Source: Octopus sinensis (taxonomy: Eukaryota). From it: DNA of 64,000 nt. Under the pieces are notes generated by a model. It saw only the letters and a program-made list of their open reading frames with translations, was not told where the DNA came from and did not search any database. The stretch spans positions 47,120,001 to 47,184,000 of the forward strand of contig NC_043006.1 in NCBI RefSeq assembly GCF_006345805.1, read 5' to 3'. Below are positions 14,058-26,473 of this stretch, one piece after another (within the stretch, counting starts at the first letter, position 1; each line of letters starts with the position of its first letter). The position numbers were made by a program, and so were the translations under genes.

Positions 14058-15137
14058 TAAAAAAAAGCTACATATAAGTGCAACGTAAGATTGAAAACAG
14101 GCTGTACACAGTGATTGTAGCTTCAGTATTTGAATAGATTATGTCAGTAGATATATTTTGTACTAAAGGACATAGCAAGTAATAAGTAATCCAGGATTTT
14201 TTTCTCGTTCCACCGTCAGTCAGAACAGCAAGTAAGATTTTGGATATCGTTGCAACATCATGGAGGAAATTGAAGGATCGACTACTTACTTATACTGCTC
14301 TAGCATTATAATCATTGTCAATGACTTTTAATGTTGTGAAACACACAAGTATTTCACGTGCATCATATACATACGTACATTGGAAAACACAGCGGCAGAT
14401 TATATATGCAAAAGTACACACTCAGACGCACACACTGTGTTGACCTAATCGTACTTTCAGTTGTTAAGCGAAAATACAACAGAAGTTTGAAACAAAGCAA
14501 TTTATTCAATTAATGATATAATTAAAGTTTCTTGGCAGGTTCTTCTGCCATGCAGTGGCAAATTCAATAATCCCTATTCAAAGAATTTTCAGTGTTACTA
14601 CTGGAAGAATTTTTCCCAAATGAATTATTACATCTTCGGTGTTGTAGGTCTTTCTAGTCATTTATTTTGAAGAGACCGAAAACGGCGAGAATCTGAAGAC
14701 GCAAGGTCGGGTGAATATGTGGGGCGAGAGGAGACACTTCATCGCCAAGCAATGGTAAACCACCTTCACATTTTCCACATGGACGTTTTCGTACCTCTTT
14801 CCAAATGGGATTGGAATACACGTGACTGGACGACATTTTGCAATAAATGCACAGATCACGGGATGTAAATTATGCGTACATCTTAATTCTTCAGTCCCTT
14901 TCATTGGCCCTGCATTTTTCCCGCGAAAATACGATAAACATAGATTAATCCATTCGTTATTATATACTTGTATACATATACACACATACAAATACGTACA
15001 TGGATGCGCAAACACTGCATACAAACACACACACACACACACATACACACACAGGTATGCGTTTTTAGGTTTGCTGATGTTTGAGTAAGTTACTTCGTAT
15101 GTTCTGCAATGTGTGGCCCACTCAACACAAACTTTCT

Positions 15138-15338
15138 AGATAGATCACCATTTAATTGTTTTAACACCTGTTTCCTTTGAAATATACATCAATAGTTATA
15201 TGATTGCGTAATTACAACACATTTAATTAATAAATATTATGTAATATTAGTTATGTATTTTAATTACGTAATTATATTATTGATGATATTTATTCTAAAT
15301 GAAACCTCTTTTAACATCAATCGAATGGTGATCTATCT
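15138..15338. mobile_element. Possible small Tc1/mariner-type MITE
   Basis: 15-bp inverted repeats agatagatcaccatt (15138-15152) / aatggtgatctatct (15324-15338) around an AT-rich interior. Confidence 0.45.
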
Positions 15339-15821
15339 GTGAATTTTATGCTACTTAATTTTTCATTCTAGCATTCTCAGGATCGTTTTCGCTGATTATG
15401 TATAAACATGTAAACGTTTACTATATAGATTTACTACTTTGTAAGAGCCTGAAAACCTATTATTAATTCATAAATATTTATCAGCGACAAAGGCAGTATT
15501 AAGAATTGATAGGTAATATTTATTCTGACTTAAACGTGGATGTTGTGTTAGAAGGAACTATGCTGCGGTAGTTACTGTAACAGAAACGTTCATATTAGAA
15601 TTAGCATTTGGTGCGGAATTGTGAAAAATGGTTCAATATTAACACGATCGAATTTTACACCAAAAACTAATATGAGGGTTTCTCTCCAGCAGAACACTTG
15701 CATTAAAGTAGAGATAATTATTACCTCTCATTATTTATCCAATTCTTCAATTCTTGTTCGAATCCTCCTTGTAGGTTTTCATTTTTTCATGTATATAAAT
15801 TTGTGCGTGTATTTATGCATG

Positions 15822-15906
<85 letters not shown>

Positions 15907-15954
15907 TGTATGTGTATATATATATATGTGTATGTATAAATATATATGTGTATG

Positions 15955-15995
<41 letters not shown>

Positions 15996-16008
15996 GCACA
16001 CGTATATA

Positions 16009-17085
16009 TTGGGTCATCCCATAAATAATGCGATCTTTTTCAATTCCATGTACTAAAGCCGGTAGTAATTTTACCTTGTCCATATTTTATGTGCAAATTT
16101 TGAGGAATGCAGTTTGATTTTCAAATTTACTTTTTCAAAGTTATAATGGAAGTGACAAAGGAGAATATTCGGCCTATTTTGCTTTATGTGTTCAATAAAG
16201 GCAACATCGCAACGGAAAATGCAAGGAATACTAATATTAAGGAATATTAATGGGGATCGGTGGTTCCAGAATTTTCGAACCGGAAACAACAGCCTAGAAG
16301 ACGCGCCTAGTCCAGGACGATATTTAGAGCTCGACGAGGATGTGCTGCAAAGCTTCGTGGAACAAAATCCCATCTTAACTGTTAAGGAACTAGCAGAGAA
16401 GCTTGGATTTGTACATTCAACTATTCATCGAAACCTGCATACCATCAGAAAAGTCAGTAAATTGGGTCAATGGGTTCCTCACAAACTTTCCGAGTTTAAT
16501 CGAGGGCAAATATTGAATGTATGCTCTTTGTTGTCATGTCTCACGAATGAACCTTCTTTGGACTGAATAATGACGGGTGACGAAAAATGGGTTCTCCATA
16601 AAAATGTCAAGCGCCGAGGACAGTTTGTAGGAAAAGGAGAAACATCGGAAATCCAGACTAAATAGAGTTTTCACCTACGTAAGGTGTTGGTATCTGTTTG
16701 TGGGGATATGAGAAGTGTAGTCCACTTTGAACTTTTAAACCCAAACAAAGTGATAAACAGAACTACCGTGAGCAGCTTGAGCGTCTGAAGTCAGCGCTAG
16801 AAGAAAAACGACCATCTTTCGTTTCAAGACGAAAGGTGTTCTTCCCTGAAGATAATGCTTGGCCACATGCAGCGAGTATGACATTCCAAAGGCTCGAGCA
16901 GTGTGAATGTGAAACGATGCCTCACCCACCGTATTCACCAGACTTTTCCCCATCAGATTATTGCTCATTCTGCAGTCTTCCAAAATAATTTGAACAGGAA
17001 AAATATGGATTCTGCAGACGTGGTCAAAACAGTACTGGAGGAGTATTTTTCGTCACGGACAAGTGAATTTTGGAAGAGAGTATAT
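16009..17085 (+). mobile_element. Mariner (DD34D) transposon, near-complete transposase pseudogene, 3' truncated
   Basis: 5' end ttgggtcatcccataaataatgcg after TA; ATG at 16146 (MEVTKENIRPILLY); WVPHKL (~16470), TGDEKW (~16575), DNAWPH (~16851), HPPYSPDFSPSDY (~16924). Internal stops and frameshifts; no right TIR before the (TATG)n. Confidence 0.92.
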
Positions 17086-17399
17086 TTTAGATTTTAAAAT
17101 AACTTCGTATGTATGTATGTGTGTATGTATGTATGTATGTATGTATGTATGTATGTATGTATGTATGTATGTATGTATGTATGTATGTATGTATGTATGT
17201 ATGTACGTTTGTGTGTATATGTCCGTATATATATATATATGAAGAAGATGGTGATATGCTAATTATGATGACGATAGAAGATGAAATTGATGATGATAAT
17301 GATGATGATGATGACGACGACAACGATGATGATATTGATGTTGGTGACGGTAATGGTTGTTTTTCGTCTCCGAACTTTTGAATATAAAGATATAACTGA

Positions 17400-18190
17400 T
17401 AAATTGTTAACTAAAGCCGTTACGGAAAATCTGATATAAACACATATAACTATATTAACATAGAGGCGAACGCACTAGTAAATAGCTTTAATATAGGTAA
17501 AAGAACCAAATGTCTGGCTAAGAGGAAGGCAAGTGTATCGGAATGTTTATGATCTTTCACTGAAAGATCATATACCGGGTTTTCGCAATAGACCATAACG
17601 CAGGCTAAATAACCCGGCTAAGACTGAACTATTGTTAGCATGCAAAAATCTTTTGAAACTTTTACAAGAATAATTAAGTCTCAAACTTGTTGATATGGTC
17701 TAACAGTTTCTTGGTGATATCTTGATTCAAATCCAATCACAATAAAAATGAAGGAATTGATTTCTACCCGTCAGTCTTTGAACCGCTCCTACTTAACGCA
17801 TTAGAGTTTCCACGTTCATTTATAACCGGAGATGAGCAAGAATTTACAGCTCATTATGCCCGCACATAAGACATTGTTATTCAGTAACCGATCTATTTGG
17901 ACAGAAAAACAAAATCAAATCGAACTACCCCCAATGGGTTCATATGGTACTGCAGATAAAAGCGATTAAACTGATTAATACATTTCAAACCATCATAATT
18001 TTCCGACCATATTATCGGCATATACCGCAACAATGCTTAAGCAGTAGCAATCAATTGTGATGGCTAAGCTATGGATTCCTTTAGAAAGCAATTAATTTCT
18101 TCCTTCAAGTCTTTAGGACTTCAAATTTCTATTGCCACCAACTTAACTGAAACTTAGCAGTAAAACGCTAAACATGAGGAAATAAAAACC
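17400..18190 (+). mobile_element. Decayed Penelope-like element (PLE) reverse transcriptase, Neptune/Nematis-like
   Basis: INIEANAL...KCLAKRKA, SLKDHIPGFRNRP*RRLNNPAKTEL, IDFYPS (~17758), PMGSYGTAD (~17930), IGIYRNNA (~18012; decayed YRDD), SFKSLGLQISIATNL. Colinear with PLE RT motifs TLKDHK..CRLINPAKSE, DFYPSI, MGSYDGAE, GLYRDDG. Confidence 0.8.
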
Positions 18191-18239
18191 GTTCGATGGA
18201 CACTGGTTGTAGAGTCGCAGCGTAGCAACAAACTCACAA

Positions 18240-18960
18240 TTCCTGCTTTGATGCGCAGGAATGTCTTCTTATACGAATTGAAGCAAATATGTGGAGAATT
18301 TCAGCGGCACTTTGCCAAACTGTACGTGGGACGCGCTGTGTCGGAGCAGAAGATGGATCTCACCTCTTACATTGGCAGTATGCTGCGGCTTTTGAACAAG
18401 GTGCAGATTTCTGTGGAATGTCGACAACAGCCGCAAATATACGCAATGCGATGAGTGGCTGCTGCGCGCAGGATACGTTTTCTAGGGTGGATGTTTGACC
18501 ATCGAGCTTCATTGTCATAATCCAGACTTGATCGGTGATCTCTTCACAGGCGTCTACCGCAACTGGCAGTAGAAGTGGAGACTTCCCAGTTCTGTGAGCC
18601 AAAGTGTTTTGGGGCCGCTGAGAAACGATCCGATTAAGGGTTAGAGCAAGAAATAGTAAAGCTGTTGTCGTATGCAGCACCGATCCGATTATCGGCCGAA
18701 TGCGATTGACCCGTTGCCTTCTTTTAGACGTGAAGGGCAGGCATATTTCCTCTGTTTCGTTGCTGTGGCAAAACAGGAAGTGTGGGGAATGAGGTTGAAA
18801 GTATCGAAGATAAGCTCTTTCTTCTTCGGCGAAGGTTTTATCGACTTAATCAAGTTCCACTTGAAAAGGAAAGTGAGGTTAGAGAGAGAAATGTTTTTTG
18901 CCAGTAGTTTTATTGAAACGTAGGTGGTGGTGAATATAACTCTTGTGAATGCGCCAAATC
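18240..18960 (+). mobile_element. Internally deleted L1/Tx1-like LINE ORF2 relic
   Basis: ICGEFQRHFAKL...DLTSYIGSM...TAANIRNAMSGC (pre-RT region) joined to C-terminal PLPSFRREGQAYFLCFVAVAKQEVWGMRLK...IDLIKFHLKRKVRLERE. Locally higher GC than the flanks. Confidence 0.65.
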
Positions 18961-19296
18961 GGATCACGCGCCTGTTGGCACGAGGGAAAAGAGAGGAGAA
19001 GGGCACCCGGCCCAGTTGAGTGTCCATGATGAGCGGGATTCCTTCGCTTCGTCTCGATGAAGATTCCCTCATTTTGGGGTATTTTATCGCTTGAAATTTT
19101 TTAATTGTTAATTAAGCTGTTTATCACTGTTCACATGCACTACTTGTAAATTTCCAAAGTCCTTTGTGTAGTACTGTATTTTGTTTTTAGAGTGTATCTT
19201 TTGTTTTGTGTCTGGCCAATAGATACGGATCATCATCGTCCATATTGTTACCATCATCATCATTATAATCATTGTTACCATCATTATAATTATGTA

Positions 19297-19730
19297 ACGC
19301 AGTGAGCTGGCAGAATAGTTAGCACGCCGGGCAAAATGCTCGGCGTCATTTCATCCGTCGGAGTTCAAAATCCGCCGTGGTTGACTTTACCCTTTAACTT
19401 TGGGGGGGTCGATAAAACAAGTACCAGTTGAACACTGGAATCGATGCAACTGGCTTCTGCCTTCCCCGATTTCACTGGCCTTGTGCCAAAATTTGAAATC
19501 ATTCTCTTTATTATCATCCGAAGGAAGCGACCTGCCAAAATCGTTAGCACGTCGGGCAGAATGGTTAGCGCTGTTTCACATTTGCAATGTTCTGAGTTCA
19601 AATTCCACCGGGGTCGACTTTGCTTTTCAATTTTTCGGGATCGATACATTAAGTACCAGTTACGCACTGGGGTCGATGTAATCGACTAGTCTACCCCGCA
19701 AAAAATTTCAGGCCTTGTAGTTATAAAGGA
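19297..19730 (+). mobile_element. Dimer of tRNA SINE family B
   Basis: Two successive units gcagtgagctggcagaatagttagcacgccggg... and aatcgttagcacgtcggg...ggggtcgatgtaatcgact. Confidence 0.8.
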
Positions 19731-21159
19731 AAATACCATTATTATTACTGTCCTCATCATTATTACTGTCCATGGAATAATGGACTATATTATTTATATT
19801 AACCGAATTGTATACGATCCAGCCTAGATTTTCCACACACACATTCACACACACGCACAAACACTCACGCCTACACCGCGCACAAACGCAAGCGCCCACT
19901 CACACACACGCACACGCTCATACACACAAGTCGTAACACTTATTGAAGTCGAACCATTCTGTGTCATTTCGCATTTACTCAATTCCTTAAAACGACACAT
20001 CCACACCCACACTGCAGTTTTTTTTTTGTAACTTATTCATGTCTATTTACATTGCTCTCCCTGATTCGATTAGACACCAAATTATAATTTTTGTTATCTG
20101 ATTTTTATATTTCTCTTATTCATGACAGTATTATTTTGAAGGAAGATATTGCTATTTTGCCGCCGTTGTTGTTGATCTCCTCTCAATTTGTTCTAGTTGT
20201 ATCGTTGTTGTTTCTTTCATTTGTTTATCATTCTTTATATTACATTTATGGTATACTGTCATGGTTAACTATTATACTTCTTGTTATTCTTTGGCTGTTA
20301 TCCTTCCTTCTTATTATTCTTGATCTAATTGTCAGTGTTCATTATGGTATAGAAGTTGTTATCTTTATTGCTTCCATACCATACTCTCTATATAATAAAT
20401 ACTTTTTTTTTTCATTTATATTGTTTGAATAGTTTCTACTACTATTGTCTGTTCTGTCGTGTATATTGTTTTGCTAATAAAAGTTGTATTTGATATTGTA
20501 CATATCTTAAAGACTACTGTTATGTTGTTGACGTTGTTGATATTGATCATGGTAATTATTATAGCCGAAATATTAATATATTGTCTCCAAATTCCGTTTC
20601 CTTGTAAAGGGTGTGTATTTTATTAATCATTTAATTCTTTTTGTTGGTGTTGCTGTTATTACTTCGGACTAGATCTAATCAGATCGACAATGTTTATTAG
20701 TGATGGCGTTATAATCATACACATCACATATTTGTAATTTTTTTTGTACATCCGGAATTGCTTTCTATGAGAACTCACCTCCGTCATTTACAGAGTGTAA
20801 TACTGATCTATGAGGGGACGTTTAGAGCGATGAGCGATGGAGAAGAGGTTATAGCATACTACATACATAGGGTGAACATGACTTGTGAAGAAGTAGTAGC
20901 TGTGATTACTTAACAATAGTCCAGCGATTAATTATCCGATCTCATCTATCATCATATACTCTCATTTGGTCTTATTTCTAAATCAGGATTAAATTATTTA
21001 AAAAATCTCTTAATCTTTCTTGTGTATCTTTATACTTGTGTCGGTCATGTGACTGCGGCCGTACTAGGTCATTGCTATGACGAATTTTTAGTCGAATGAA
21101 TTAACTCCAGTACATTTTTAAAGCCTCATACATATTCCATCGGTTATCAAGTGGTGGTG

Positions 21160-21420
21160 GAGTAAATAGAGGCACAGACACAAGTATATAGACACACACG
21201 CATAATACATAAATACGTATATATATTCGCAATGAAAGATCGCTAGCCACTATACCATTTTCTATTTTCTCTCCCTGTTTAGTTCTCTGTTCCATTTTGT
21301 TGAAGAGCATAGGCTCGAAACGTAAAAGACTTTCTCAATTCTCGAGCGTAAAACTAATACATATTTCTGTTGTTTACACATCCGCATTTGTCTTTTCTTT
21401 TTTGTAAATTCTCACTATAT
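21160..21420 (+). mobile_element. Probable PLE pseudo-LTR fragment with atypical minimal hammerhead-like motif
   Basis: ttgttgaa-GAGC-atag-GCTC-gaaac-gta at 21297-21324 followed by a T-rich tail. Confidence 0.45.
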
Positions 21421-21449
21421 ATATATATATATATATATACATATATATA

Positions 21450-21587
21450 CGATGGGCTTCTTTCAGGCTCCATCTGCTAAATCCACTCACAAAGCTTTGG
21501 TCTGCCTGAAGCTAGAAGAGGAATTAAAGGTGGTACACGGTACGGCTAAGCCTGGAACCACGTGGTTGGGAAGCAAGCATCTTGCCA

Positions 21588-21622
<35 letters not shown>

Positions 21623-21755
21623 GAATACCAGGCGCAGGTGTGGCTCTGTCGTAAGAAGCTTGCTTCCCAGTCACACAATTCCGTGTTTAGTCATACTGCG
21701 TGGTACTTTTGGCAAGTGCCCACTATAGCCTCGGGCTAACCGAAGCCCGTCGTAT
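21450..21755. mobile_element. Two family A SINE heads in divergent orientation separated by (TA)n
   Basis: 21450-21590 is a minus-strand head; 21628-21755 is a plus-strand head (ggcgcaggtgtggctctg). Confidence 0.7.
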
Positions 21756-21908
21756 ATATATAAAAGTAAAATAATTTAGAAGAATATAGGCAAGGGAATA
21801 ATGTTCACCATTCATATTTTTCCAGAGGATATGGATGGTGGTCAGTACATCCATGAACGCACATGTCCTGAGATAAAATCCTAGTAAATCTAGGCCGTTT
21901 TTGGCCAG

Positions 21909-22235
<327 letters not shown>

Positions 22236-22879
22236 AGTGTAGTAGATTTGTCAGAGTTCTTTTGTTACACATCCTTGGCCTCTTCAGCGAGTCTGATCTT
22301 TGTGGCTCCTCTTCTCTCTGGTTTATTTCAAGATCGCCTGGATTTACCAAGGATTTCAACTAAGGACCTATACCTTCATGGAAATACCGACCAACAATCA
22401 TATCTTCTGAGGAAACATTATTCTCTTGGCCTATATTTTTACTCTTTATTCTTCTATTTTATTCCTTATAAACTGTAAATGTTATTCCTTGTAAACAGTA
22501 AACTTTTCCTGTCTTAAATATGCATACCTTGTCCAGCATGACAGAATACTCAGTGCGTGGACAAACTAATCTCCCGCTTGAGTTATCCCAGAAATGGCTA
22601 CAAGACACCAAATTCACAATACCCTAATTAAATTATTCAAAATGATTAGAGATACTCGTTCTGTCTTGGTTTTAATTTTTCCTCTGATATAATATACACC
22701 TGTTATAATGGAACCCCAATACGAATCCCTAGATCCAGCCTTAGCTGTGATCTTGGAACCTATTGGTCGACCAAGTATAATCCTTACTCAGCGTACATAT
22801 TCATTTAGATCTCAAATGAACTAAAGCCCTCATATTCTTTATTTGTACGTGTGTGTGTGTGTGTGTGTGTGGTGTGTGT

Positions 22880-23110
22880 GTGTGTATCTATGAGTGTGTA
22901 TCTTTTTGTCTGTTTGTCCGTCTCCCACGTCATCGCTTGACAAGCGGTGTTTACGTCCCCGTAACTTTGAGGTTCGACAAATGAGACAGATAGAATAAGT
23001 ACTAGGCTTAACAAGGACGTTCTGGGATCGAATTGTTCGGTTAAAACCCTTCGAAATGGTAGTCCAGCACAGCCGCAGTCAGATGGCTGAAAGAAGTAAA
23101 ATAATAAAAG
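22880..23110 (+). mobile_element. Family A SINE 3' half, diverged
   Basis: catcgcttgacaagcggtgtttacgtccccgtaac...gatagaataagtactaggctt...gaagtaaaataataaaag. Confidence 0.75.
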
Positions 23111-23113
23111 TAT

Positions 23114-23163
<50 letters not shown>

Positions 23164-23715
23164 GGTGAGAGAGTTGGTGTGTGAAAGCACGTGGTTGGAT
23201 GTAGGAAAAATGAATAAGAGTGAAAAAACTACAGATGGTTTGTGTTATAAGGTTAAAAAATATATTTAGCTCGTTATGTTAGAAAAATATTATGAAATTT
23301 TGTGTATAGTAACATAGTTTTTGTAGAAATAACCGGTTTCGTATAGTCTTTGCAAATTTCTTTACCTACATCGTGTCATGTCTTCGCATGAAGTGAAGCA
23401 CTATGTAATCCATCCGAAGACATGGCACGATGTAGTTAAAGAAATCTGAGAAATTTGAAAAACTATTTCGCTCTTTTTTATTTCATATATATATATATAT
23501 ATATAATGTGAAATAGAAAGATGAATAATCTTGTAGTAGATTAATCAAAAGTTTAACCGATACCTTAGTAGCAAAAATCACAGCAGTAAACAGCACGGTT
23601 GGAGGTACAACCATCTGGCGTTGCAACCGTGCGTTGGTGCGGATAATTGAAATTAAAACATTATTGGTGAATTGAAGAAATGGAGCTGAACGCAGATTGA
23701 ACAGAAATCGTTTTA

Positions 23716-23805
23716 TTTCATTCTACACGTGTTTCGAAAGGCACAAATTACCAAAATCCGATTGAATAATGGGACCATATTGTGTCTTTCTCTTCAGGAA
23801 GAAAA
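23716..23805 (-). ncRNA. Minimal type I hammerhead ribozyme motif with long stem-loop II
   Basis: Minus strand: UUUUCUUC-CUGAAGA-GAAAGACACAA...(~35 nt)...UUGUGCCUUUC-GAAAC-ACGU-GUA/GAAUGAAA. Canonical core, G10.1-C11.1 pair, palindromic stem III ACACGUGU. Confidence 0.65.
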
Positions 23806-24597
23806 AAGGAAATCCGTTGGAAAAACAAAAACAGAACAGAGGCGGAGCAAAAACAAAAACAAATCGAACTATGCTCCTAAGAGCCCATGGCGAAACTGTT
23901 TATCAGTGTATGTTGAGAACCGGTGGCTGAAGAATTCAACGGGTCAGGCATCGGTCAATCATGTGGGTGAGGGTGTATAGATGTTCTTTGTGACCGAGAA
24001 TAAAGTTCTGACTATTTAAGGAATATTGGATGTTTTATAAGGGGCGAGAAAAAATCTACTTAGAGACGTGTGTGTGTGTATACTGTTCTATATATGTGTG
24101 TGTTGGCGTAGGGGTAGAAAACATTTTTTGTGTACGTGTGTGCGTTTGATCGTTCGGCTGTCAGTGGCTACTGCCGTGATAACCGTTGGGTGGCAGAAAG
24201 AAAAAAAAAAAAAATATATATATATAATATATATTATGTTTTATGTGTGTGTGTTCATCTAAGCCTGCCTTGTCAAGGAAACCCCCCGCTGTGAAAAAAC
24301 CAAGCCCCGTTTGTCTTACAGGAGTAATTCCCCTTGCAGTGGTTAATCGTAGATATCTTAAAGGCTATTTCACAATTTGTTACCAAGGGCTATGGATGCC
24401 GGTATTATTTATAAACGCTATTTAAAAGCCAGATCAGTGTAACGCCGCCAATGGGGGCATCGAAAAGCCGACTGTAAGAGCCCGTTTACCATCCGGCCTC
24501 TGGCAAACAAAATATGGAAGAGTTCGGAGACACAAAGGTTGCACTGTCTTCTGCCCCTATCAAATGGGAGGGCCACCGACAAAATTGACCAAAATTG

Positions 24598-24689
<92 letters not shown>

Positions 24690-24690
<1 letters not shown>

Positions 24691-25172
24691 TTCCTAAGCT
24701 TCTTTGGTTATTGTCCCCCAGCTATGGTCACCAACCAGTTTGAAATTAATTGCTGAACTTGAGGCAATCCAATAAAGTTACAAGGAGAAGATACCTCTAT
24801 ACAGTATATAAGCTACTGGAAAAAAAACTCAGGATATAAGAAAATAATCCCTGGAACATTAGGTGGAAGATCTTTGGCATTGAGAGTTACATTGTCGCTA
24901 GAACAGGGCGCCACTGAATAGCGTCAAAGTTTTCAACTATGCCATCAAGATATAGGACAAGATATTGCAGTAACTTGGGCTTTAAAGGCATGTACCTCTT
25001 CAGACTCCTCCCAAAGGAACTCAGAGATCTACACGGGGTGGATGCAGATGTCTTCAAAACAAAATTAGATCTCTTACTGTCAAGTGTCCCAGATGAACCA
25101 ACATCATATCAGGAAGTGCAAATGAGGGCAGCGGCGTCGGACCCCCTCATGCACCAAATGTCAAAGTTCTAA
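24690..25172 (+). mobile_element. CR1/L2-group LINE 3' end
   Basis: NLGFKGMYLFRLLPKELRDLHGVDADVFKTKLDLLLSSVPDEPT...RAAASDPLMHQ resembles the CR1-group post-RT tail GPRLFN.LP..LR.......FK..LD..L..VPD.P...AA.SNSL..Q. Confidence 0.75.
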
Positions 25173-25999
25173 AAACAATTCGTAAAGTAAAAAATTTGTA
25201 GCAACACTCGTGAGCTGAAATCAGTTTATTTCACTTCAATTTCGCTTCAATTCATATATCATCTGAGAAGAGATTCGAAATCTATATTTTCGTATATTAT
25301 TTCTCCTTCAGTCCAAAGCAAAATAGTGATGCATATGTTGTTACTGATTTGTACAGTGTGGATTGATAAAATCTTTTTCAAATTTCGTAAGTTAATTCAC
25401 TCAAGAAGATTAGAGACATATTAGTAATGGACTTAATGGATTTACGACCAGAGTTTGCAGCTTAAAAACGAAGGTAGAGAAGAAGCAATCCCTTTAGTAC
25501 TATGCTACTGCGTCACAAGGAAATTTATTAGCTATTTATGAACTTCTATATGGAGCACATCTATAATTAATTTAAACTTATAAATCAATAGTTGATAGTT
25601 TAGTATTCCACACATGGTTAGAATAGCCATTTCGTTACTAATTCTCTATTACCATGACACCTAATGAGTCCAATATTGTCAGGTTTAGCGTTGGAATCAT
25701 TATTTAAAGAGAGTTTATTTCAATTGACCAATATTGTATGAGCGCAAAGGCATTTCGTATATTATGGTGGCTGACAATATTAGTAATTGCCCGCCATCGT
25801 CGCGTCTGTTTTAACGATATTAGGATATATTAGTTCTGTTGGTGGTGTTATTCTTTTCAATTTAAAGTAGAGTAATCATGGAGAAATACATCGAAGTTTA
25901 ATTATGTATTAGGTATTGTCATCATCATTATCACCATCACATGATTAACATATATCAGTTATCAGACTAGGGCTTTGGTATTGATTTTATATATACATA

Positions 26000-26160
26000 G
26001 GCGTAGGAGTGACTGTCTGGTAAGTAACTTACATACGAACCACAGTTCCGGGTTCAGTCCCACTGTGTGGCACCTTGGACAAGTGTCTTTTATTATAGCC
26101 TCGGGCCGATCAAAGCCTTGTGAGTGGATTTGGCAGACGGAAACTAAAAGAAGCCCGTCG

Positions 26161-26213
<53 letters not shown>

Positions 26214-26413
26214 TGTGTGTGTATATGTTTGTATGTCTGTGTTTGTCCCCCCAACATCGCTTGACAACCGATGCTGGTGTGTTTACGTCCCTGTAACTTA
26301 GCGGTTCGGCAAAAGATAGAATAAGTATTAGGCTTACATCGAATAAGTCCTGGGGTCGATTTGCTCGACTAAAAGGCGGTGCTCCAGCATGGTCACAGTG
26401 AAAGTGACTGAAA
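26000..26413 (+). mobile_element. CORE-type tRNA SINE (family A), full length
   Basis: Matches the family consensus end to end, with an internal (TA)n. Confidence 0.92.
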
Positions 26414-26473
26414 CAAGTAAGAGAGTAAAAGAGTATAGCAGGTTCTCTTGCGTGTGTATGTGTGTGTATAAAA

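Noticed and set aside
14650-14890. Higher-GC unique segment with possible exon (IYFEETENGENLKTQGRVNMWGERRHFIAKQW) and ORFs on both strands
   Set aside because: Splice signals are weak or ambiguous and I recognise no protein family; needs RNA-seq or BLAST.
23874-23925. cctaaga-GCC cat GGC-gaaac hammerhead-like motif
   Set aside because: Core lacks G5, position 17 would be G (non-cleavable) and there is no stem I; at best a dead relic.
25258-25290. ctgagaagagattcgaaatc hammerhead-like string
   Set aside because: Only a 2-bp stem II and no stem I or III support.
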